A DNA stretch of 32,000 nucleotides from Vibrio cholerae ATCC 14035 (lineage in GTDB: Bacteria > Pseudomonadota > Gammaproteobacteria > Enterobacterales > Vibrionaceae), in contig NZ_JHXR01000015.1 of assembly GCF_000621645.1 (NCBI RefSeq), positions 30,001 through 62,000 of the forward strand. Reading direction: 5' to 3'. Position numbers and translations under genes: made by a program. The notes beneath the pieces were generated by a model that had not been told where the DNA came from, made no database searches, and was given only the letters and a program-made list of their open reading frames with translations. Position 1 is the stretch's first letter. Every line of letters begins with the position of its first letter. Below, piece by piece: positions 26,383 to 32,000 of this stretch.

Positions 26383-28199
26383 TTGCTTCTGCACACCAGA
26401 ATCCTCAACGCCCTAACCTGCCACTACTCGGTTTCGCTGCCTATTCTGGCACCGGAAAAACGACGCTGCTAGAAGCCCTGCTGCCTAAACTGACAGCAAC
26501 TGGTTTGCGCATTGGTCTGCTGAAACACGCGCACCACGATTTTGATGTCGATAAGCCAGGCAAAGACAGTTATCGCTTACGTAAAGCGGGAGCGTCTCAA
26601 ATGCTGATTGCGTCGCGTAACCGTCATGCGCTAATAACCGAAACCCCCGATGCCGAAGCGGAGTTTGATTATCTGTTGACTCGATTTGATGCTGAAAAGC
26701 TCGATGTGATTTTGGTTGAAGGCTGTAAAAATATCGCTTTTCCAAAAATTGAACTGCACCGCGCGGAAGTCGGTAAGCCTTGGCTTTACCCTCATGATAA
26801 AAACATCATTGCGATTGCTGCCGATGAGACGGTCGCAACGGATCTGCCGCAAATGCACATTAATGATCTCGATGCGATCGCTGATTTCGTTTTGGATTAT
26901 GTCAATAAGTGGCGCGCGCAGCAGATTCAACCACACACAGTGTCAGATTCCAAAAACAATGCAGCGGCATGCTGCGACACTTTATCCCCTGCTTTCCTTT
27001 CTGTAGAACAAGGCCGCGAGAAGATCCTCTCGCTCATCTCACCTTTGGCAGAGACAGAATCGGTAGCGATTCAAGAGTGCTATCAACGCGTACTGGCGCG
27101 TGAAGTTTTCTCTCCGAACAATGTGCCCGCCTATCGCAACTCAGCGATGGATGGCTATGCGCTGCGCAGTGATGATCTTGAACGCGATAGCTACCGTGTA
27201 GTGGCGGAAGTGCTCGCCGGTAGTCATTATCCGAAAACGGTTGAACGCGGCGAAGCGGTGAAGATTATGACTGGCGCACCAATGCCACTCGGTGCTGATA
27301 CGGTAGTAATGCGTGAGCAAGCCACGCAAAACGGCGAACTGGTCAGTTTTGCGGGTGCCAAAATCAAAGCAGGACAAAACGTACGCCAAGCAGGTGAAGA
27401 TTTGGCGCAAGGCCAAGCGGTCTTTAGCATAGGTCAGCGTGTGCTTTCTCCAGAAATGGGCATGTTGGCGTCACTGGGTTTTGCGCACGCGGACGCATTT
27501 CGCTCGCTTAAAGTCGCGATTTTTTCGACAGGCGATGAAGTACAAGCGCCCGGCGGTGACATTGAGCCAAACTCTATTTTTGATTCCAACCGTTTTACTC
27601 TGACAGGATTACTCAAACAGCTCGGCTGCCAAGTGATCGATCTCGGTATCATCGAAGATGACGAAGCAAAAATGATGCAAGTGCTTGAGCAAGCAGCAAA
27701 ACAGGCTGATGTGGTGATCACTTCCGGTGGTGTTTCTGTGGGCGATGCGGATTTCATCAAATCCGCGCTAGAGAAGCTGGGACAAATTGATTTTTGGCGG
27801 ATCAATATGCGTCCGGGACGCCCACTGGCGTTTGGCCAGATTGCTGGAAAACCTTTCTTCGGTCTACCGGGCAACCCTGTCGCGGTAATGGTTTCTTTCA
27901 TCAACTTTGTGGAACCTGCTCTGCGTAAAATGCAAGGTGAACAAGGTTGGCAACCACTGAAAGTCAATGCGATTGCGTTGGAAGATCTGCGCTCTCGCCA
28001 AGGCAGAACTGAGTTCAGCCGTGGGGTTTACGCTTTTAATACGCAAGGACAACTGACAGTACGTACCACGGGCAAACAAGGTTCGGGGATTTTGCGCTCA
28101 ATGAGTGAAGCGAACTGCTTGATTGAAATTGCTCCGGCGATTGATACGGTAAAAGTCGGTGAAAGCGTGACAATCATCCCACTTCAAGGCAGAATCTAG
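26379..28199 (+). CDS. Fused MobB (MGD-biosynthesis adapter GTPase) and MoeA (molybdopterin molybdenum/tungsten insertase)
   Basis: Residues about 1-180 are collinear with MobB ([16 protein letters not shown]...[19 protein letters not shown]). Residues about 200-606 are collinear with MoeA ([44 protein letters not shown]). It is a single uninterrupted ORF, with an ATGA start/stop overlap with mobA. Confidence 0.88.
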   Translation: MIASAHQNPQRPNLPLLGFAAYSGTGKTTLLEALLPKLTATGLRIGLLKHAHHDFDVDKPGKDSYRLRKAGASQMLIASRNRHALITETPDAEAEFDYLLTRFDAEKLDVILVEGCKNIAFPKIELHRAEVGKPWLYPHDKNIIAIAADETVATDLPQMHINDLDAIADFVLDYVNKWRAQQIQPHTVSDSKNNAAACCDTLSPAFLSVEQGREKILSLISPLAETESVAIQECYQRVLAREVFSPNNVPAYRNSAMDGYALRSDDLERDSYRVVAEVLAGSHYPKTVERGEAVKIMTGAPMPLGADTVVMREQATQNGELVSFAGAKIKAGQNVRQAGEDLAQGQAVFSIGQRVLSPEMGMLASLGFAHADAFRSLKVAIFSTGDEVQAPGGDIEPNSIFDSNRFTLTGLLKQLGCQVIDLGIIEDDEAKMMQVLEQAAKQADVVITSGGVSVGDADFIKSALEKLGQIDFWRINMRPGRPLAFGQIAGKPFFGLPGNPVAVMVSFINFVEPALRKMQGEQGWQPLKVNAIALEDLRSRQGRTEFSRGVYAFNTQGQLTVRTTGKQGSGILRSMSEANCLIEIAPAIDTVKVGESVTIIPLQGRI

Positions 28200-28288
28200 T
28201 GTGTTCACTCCCTATACTTGCTTCTCTTCATAGTATGACGTCAATATAGGGACTCTTTACCAAAAGCGGCAATCAAGAACATCCATCA

Positions 28289-29068
28289 TCACTCAAGATA
28301 TTTACCTCCATGCTTTGAGTGAGCCTCCTCTCTGAGTGCTCCAATTTCTCGCCATATCTGTTCTGCAATCTCTGCATTCGCATCATAAAATTGGTGACTA
28401 AACACTAAGTAGTAATCTTTGGTGGTGATTGCAGGTTCTACTTTCGTGATGTTTTTGATTTTTTTACTACTGAGAAACTGCTGAGCGGTAGTATCTTGAA
28501 CGGCGACAACAGGTAAGCGACCCAGTTGTAACATTTGGAAAAGTTGTTCTGTGGTGGTGACTTCTTGAACATTCAATTGTTTTTTCTTCAACTCATTCAC
28601 AATCGAAAATCCTAAGTGAGCACCGACTTGTTGTTCGGTATTCAAAATTTTCTCTCCATCCCAATCCAATTTCTGATCTTGAAGCGTGTAAAAGTAATAA
28701 CCGATCGTGGCAATCCGTTTTTGGCTATCCGGACTATCATCTTGCATTGGATAACGAGCATACTGAGCTCGTAGTGTGTTGTAAGAAAAGATAAAACCGC
28801 CATCTACTTTGCCTGTATCAATGTAATCCAATACCCGTTTACCAGGAAGACGAACATATTCAATTTTCAGTTCCAACTTAGTTGCGACATCATTGAGGAC
28901 ATCTAACGCTAGACCAGGAGGATTGGCAACAGACTCACCATTGCCCATCTGAAACGGGTAAGATTCAATATCTGAGTAGGCTAATCGAAGAGTCGTTGTA
29001 GCTGAAACATGAAAAGAACTTGTGACTGTAAAGAAAAATAACCAAGACTGACGAATGAAATAGTTCAT
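28289..29068 (-). CDS. Orphan periplasmic solute-binding protein, family 3 (amino-acid-type SBP fold)
   Basis: Signal peptide (WLFFFTVTSSFHVSA) and an SBP_bac_3-like layout (LRLAYSDIESYPF..., GKVDGGF, LPVVAVQD). No adjacent permease or ATPase. The gene is visibly AT-rich (about 35% GC in the single 60-nt stretch I counted). Confidence 0.7.
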   Translation of the reverse strand: MNYFIRQSWLFFFTVTSSFHVSATTTLRLAYSDIESYPFQMGNGESVANPPGLALDVLNDVATKLELKIEYVRLPGKRVLDYIDTGKVDGGFIFSYNTLRAQYARYPMQDDSPDSQKRIATIGYYFYTLQDQKLDWDGEKILNTEQQVGAHLGFSIVNELKKKQLNVQEVTTTEQLFQMLQLGRLPVVAVQDTTAQQFLSSKKIKNITKVEPAITTKDYYLVFSHQFYDANAEIAEQIWREIGALREEAHSKHGGKYLE

Positions 29069-29283
29069 AGACTAGACCTCACACATAACTAGAGAAAGCA
29101 TAGAGCTTGAGTGGAAAAATAACCATAAACTCAACCTTTAACTCACCAAAAGTCACAATTACCCTATCTCTGTTCATCGCAAAGAAAGTCGAGAATATTG
29201 CTGCAATACCGCTTTTGGCTTGTGCTATCATCGCAGTCATAAAATCTTAACGACATAAACGCTGCTCAGCGTCGAGAGAAAAC

Positions 29284-29559
29284 ATGGCTCGTACAATTAT
29301 TTACACCTACAAAAACCAAGAGAAAACGCTGACTTTCTCATACGAAAAGCATCACAACATTCATGAAGCGGTAGCCGAAGCGGAAGGCATTGACCTGACC
29401 GAATTTCTGAAGATGGAGATGCAACTGGAAGCGATTTCAGATACTAAATCGGTGCGTAACTTCCGTGATAACCACTTCAAAAAGCTCGGTTTCGGTATCA
29501 TCACGCTACAACCTAAAGAGAATTTTGGTGTAGGCAAAAAACCAAAAGCGACTCGCTAA
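29284..29559 (+). CDS. Small conserved hypothetical protein (91 aa), possibly DUF2960 family (from memory, unverified)
   Basis: ORF with a purine-rich leader (GAGAGAAAAC) before the ATG. MARTIIYTYKNQEKTLTFSYEKHH...AEAEGIDLTEFL resembles small Vibrio/Shewanella proteins I recall. Confidence 0.55.
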   Translation: MARTIIYTYKNQEKTLTFSYEKHHNIHEAVAEAEGIDLTEFLKMEMQLEAISDTKSVRNFRDNHFKKLGFGIITLQPKENFGVGKKPKATR

Positions 29560-29591
29560 GCCAATATGCTTTAGCTGTAATTTTAAAATAC

Positions 29592-29718
29592 CGATACCCA
29601 AACGACTTGGAGTTGCAGGTAGGCGGCAAGCGAGTGAATCCCCATGAGCATAGACAAACTATGTGATTGGGGTGAATGAACGCAGCCAACACCGCTGCAA
29701 CTTCAAGTAGGAAGGGGA
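29592..29718. repeat. ERIC / IRU (enterobacterial repetitive intergenic consensus) element, about 127 bp imperfect palindrome
   Basis: The core GAGTGAATCCCCATGAGCATAGACAAACTATGTGATTGGGGTGAATGAACG parallels the ERIC core GTGAATCCCCAGGAGCTTACATAAGTAAGTGACTGGGGTGAGCG. The arms CTTGGAGTTGCAGG...GCTGCAACTTCAAG pair with each other. Confidence 0.8.
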
Positions 29719-29719
29719 A

Positions 29720-29742
29720 AAGGGCTTGCAGTGCAAGCCCTT
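29720..29742. terminator. Terminator hairpin between the 91-aa gene/ERIC element and convergent nagK
   Basis: Stem aagggcttg(29720-29728)/caagccctt(29734-29742), loop cagtg. The flanks are T-rich when read in either direction. Confidence 0.6.
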
Positions 29743-29765
29743 AATTTATTCTGTTGATCTTCAAC

Positions 29766-30674
29766 TTATTTAATGTTGAGGAAAGCCGCTCCGCGCACGC
29801 CGCCGGAGTCGCCATGTTTGGCTTTAACGATTTTCGGGCATTTCGCAACAGAGAGCAGATGCTTAGGCACACGCTTTGGCATTTCTTCATAAATCAGATC
29901 GTAGTTTGATAATCCGCCGCCTAACACCACCACGTGTGGATCGTTGGCAGTAAAAATATTGGCGAAACAGATCGCCAGCAATTCCATAAAGCGCTCAACG
30001 TGCTCAACGGCTTTGGATTCACCCTCTTTCTGTGCGGTGATGATATCAATCGCTTTTTTCTTTTCGCCGTAATAGTGCTCGTATAACAGCTCAAAGCCAC
30101 GGCCAGAGAGATAGTTGTCCATACAACCTTTATTGCCGCAGCCACAGCCCAGTAATGGGGCTTTTTCACCAAGATGGAACCAAGCATCAATCGGTAGGCG
30201 CATGTGGCCAATTTCACCCGCTACGTGGTTACGACCTGAGAACACTTTACCTTCGTAGACCAGTCCGCCACCAAAACCGGTACCTAGAATCAAGCCCATC
30301 ACGGAAGCCGCTTCTTTTAGCTCATCATCCCAAGCTTCAGAGAGCGCAAAACAGTTCGCATCATTTTCCACTTTCACTACGCGGCCGAGTTTGGTTTCCA
30401 AATCGGCACGCAGCGGTTTGCCTTTGGCTGCAGGCACGTTAACGGTCAATACGCAGCCATTATCGGCATCTTCCATGCCCGGAATACCCAGACCAACCGT
30501 ACCTTCGACGCCAAATTGCGCATCGTATTTATGGACTAACCCGGCAATAGTCTCCACCAATTTGGCATAGTCATCCGTTGGTGTCGCGACGCGTTCCGTG
30601 GCAACGCGTTCTAACTGTTCATTGAACGCACCAAATTCAATTTTGGTTCCGCCCACATCAAAGCCGTAATACAT
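29766..30674 (-). CDS. nagK: N-acetyl-D-glucosamine kinase (ROK family)
   Basis: [39 protein letters not shown] and the [17 protein letters not shown] zinc motif; collinear with my recollection of E. coli NagK. Strong SD GAGGAGAG. Confidence 0.92.
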   Translation of the reverse strand: MYYGFDVGGTKIEFGAFNEQLERVATERVATPTDDYAKLVETIAGLVHKYDAQFGVEGTVGLGIPGMEDADNGCVLTVNVPAAKGKPLRADLETKLGRVVKVENDANCFALSEAWDDELKEAASVMGLILGTGFGGGLVYEGKVFSGRNHVAGEIGHMRLPIDAWFHLGEKAPLLGCGCGNKGCMDNYLSGRGFELLYEHYYGEKKKAIDIITAQKEGESKAVEHVERFMELLAICFANIFTANDPHVVVLGGGLSNYDLIYEEMPKRVPKHLLSVAKCPKIVKAKHGDSGGVRGAAFLNIK

Positions 30675-30836
30675 GGCCTTCTCTCCTCAATTTCCTATCC
30701 CAGCCTTGGGAAAAAATAAAAACACAAAAGTGAGGCGTATTATCCACAAGCTACCCTCAACAGTCCGTGACAAAGCACTTATTTATCTGGCCAATGGCAC
30801 TGATTGCACAATAAGCGACCAAGGTCACACGCAAGT

Positions 30837-31574
30837 TTAGAGGCAGTTCGCGTTTTGTTGATGTGCTATCCATCGTTGCAATGCGGGTTTAGTAATACTC
30901 GGCTTATTGCGCGATTTGCAGGTCAGGTAAGTTTCTTTAAATGCTTCGAACCACAGCGATAACGTACTTGCGGAGTGTCGATCACCGAACATGTCCAACA
31001 CCAAGCTAGCCACTTCTGCCGTTGCCAAGTGCTGTTCGTTTTCCGATTTACGCATGATGTATTGCGATAAGCGTTCCGGCTCCACCGATACCAAAGGCAA
31101 TGATGCAAGATACGGAGATTTGCGAAAGATGCGTTTCGCTTCACGCCAACTGCCATCAATCAATACCAATAATGGTTTTTTGCCTGCAAACTCAGTGGGG
31201 ATTGGGCTTAACACGCGAGTTTTGTCCTCTTCCGTTTCCGCGGGAAAAATCAGCACCGGATAATAGGCAGGGTTACTGAGTAACGCGAGCATCTCTGGGT
31301 TTGGCTCCGTACGACTCCATTGATATACATAGGTCTCTTTCACCGTGTCTGCAATTAAGCGCCCAGTGTTGCTGGGTTTAAATACTTCGTTTTCAGAGAC
31401 GATCAGCAGTACCGCCACTTGGCTTTCAATATCAGGCTGATGGGCACACAAGCAGTGCGTCAACTCAACCAGACAGTACAAGCAGCGTTTAATCTTGCCA
31501 CCCCGCGCTAAAAATGGCTTGGTTGAACGTTCTAGGCGATATTGATATAAGTGATGAAACGCGTGAATTCTCAT
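30837..31574 (-). CDS. tapT: tRNA-uridine aminocarboxypropyltransferase (DTW-domain protein TapT/YfiP)
   Basis: RCLYCLVELTHCLC Cys motif, KPSNTGRLIAD, and DGSWREAKRIFRKSPYL (the DTW/DxxW motif). The start is set at ATG 31574 (MRIHAF...) by comparison with YfiP length. Confidence 0.85.
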   Translation of the reverse strand: MRIHAFHHLYQYRLERSTKPFLARGGKIKRCLYCLVELTHCLCAHQPDIESQVAVLLIVSENEVFKPSNTGRLIADTVKETYVYQWSRTEPNPEMLALLSNPAYYPVLIFPAETEEDKTRVLSPIPTEFAGKKPLLVLIDGSWREAKRIFRKSPYLASLPLVSVEPERLSQYIMRKSENEQHLATAEVASLVLDMFGDRHSASTLSLWFEAFKETYLTCKSRNKPSITKPALQRWIAHQQNANCL

Positions 31575-31683
31575 GGCTCGGACTACTGGCGGAAAAATGG
31601 CTGCGATTTTACTGACCACAGGGCTTTTGCGCCAGTAAAGATTCTCGACGTGGCCCAAATCAAGGAGAACCCAATGAGTGAAC

Positions 31684-32000
31684 AAATTGAGCTGATCCGC
31701 TTAGCGATTTTTTTCTCTGTATTAGTGATTTGTGCCTTGTGGGAATCGAATCGTCCACGCAAAACCTTGTCGCAAAGCAAGCGGGTTCGCTGGCTGAATA
31801 ACCTCGGATTGGTTGGCTTTAATAGTCTTTTGATCACCGCGCTGATGCCAATTTTAGCCTTCAGTGCCGCGCAATGGGCGCAAAGCCAACAGTTTGGCTT
31901 GCTGTATTGGTTGGAGATCCCACCTTTCATCGCGCTCTTCGTTGCGGTGGTATTACTGGATGCGGTGATTTATTGGCAGCACCTGTTGTTTCACCGTATT
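31684..32000 (+). CDS. Fatty-acid hydroxylase / sterol desaturase family membrane protein, N-terminal fragment; continues off the right edge
   Basis: Not in the ORF track because it has no stop in the window. ATG 31684 follows SD AAGGAG (31672-31677), and the frame stays open to 32000 by my manual translation (MSEQIELIRLAIFFSVLVICALWE...). It ends in the first His box, YWQHLLFHRI. Confidence 0.7.

Noticed and set aside
27434-27967. 177-aa minus-strand ORF antisense to the MoeA part of mobB-moeA
   Set aside because: It is a shadow ORF. Its composition (P/S/A/C-rich) is typical of an antisense frame, and the sense strand has a full-length MoeA alignment.
31575-31685. 37-codon upstream extension of tapT (listed ORF start 31685) and the 115-aa ORF at 31583..31930
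   Set aside because: The extension would overlap the SD and start of the divergent fatty-acid hydroxylase gene and is not matched by YfiP homologues. The 115-aa ORF is antisense to that well-supported plus-strand gene.
1-32000. Mobile elements, integrases, CRISPR arrays, tRNA/rRNA genes, toxin-antitoxin or known anti-phage defence genes
   Set aside because: No translated ORF showed transposase, integrase, Cas, nuclease-helicase or TA-like motifs. I saw no direct-repeat array or tRNA-like cloverleaf on visual inspection. The only repeat-family element is the ERIC copy.

Overview
This window looks like a gamma-proteobacterial, Vibrio (V. cholerae-like) chromosomal segment; that call rests on recalled protein similarity and gene order, since no search could be run. 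The two flanks are ordinary housekeeping genes. On the left are an MCE/PqiB-LetB C-terminus, rsmF, a CvfB/YitL-like S1 protein, aroH-type DAHP synthase, yajQ and cobB. On the right are nagK, tapT/yfiP and a fatty-acid hydroxylase family gene. The core, about 7.9-28.2 kb, is a compact formate-dehydrogenase (FDH) island. It holds a periplasmic Cys-type (not Sec) molybdopterin FDH (Tat-alpha, FeS-beta, cytochrome-b gamma) with two small uncharacterised partners. It also holds a cytoplasmic accessory set (TorD-like chaperone, 553-aa poly-ferredoxin, DUF3305-like and DUF3306-like genes) and fdhD. A Cache-type histidine kinase with a sigma-54 (NtrC-family) response regulator follows, then a TupABC-like tungstate transporter operon continuing into mobA and a fused mobB-moeA. 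I found four sigma-54 -24/-12 promoter-like motifs, one in front of each transcription unit of the island. A GACA-N3-TGTC palindrome lies about 100-130 bp upstream of two of them. Together these suggest an undescribed sigma-54/two-component regulon coupling tungstate uptake, cofactor assembly and FDH. An ERIC/IRU repeat, an AT-rich orphan binding-protein gene and several terminators are also present. I saw no tRNA, rRNA, CRISPR array, IS element or recognisable defence genes.
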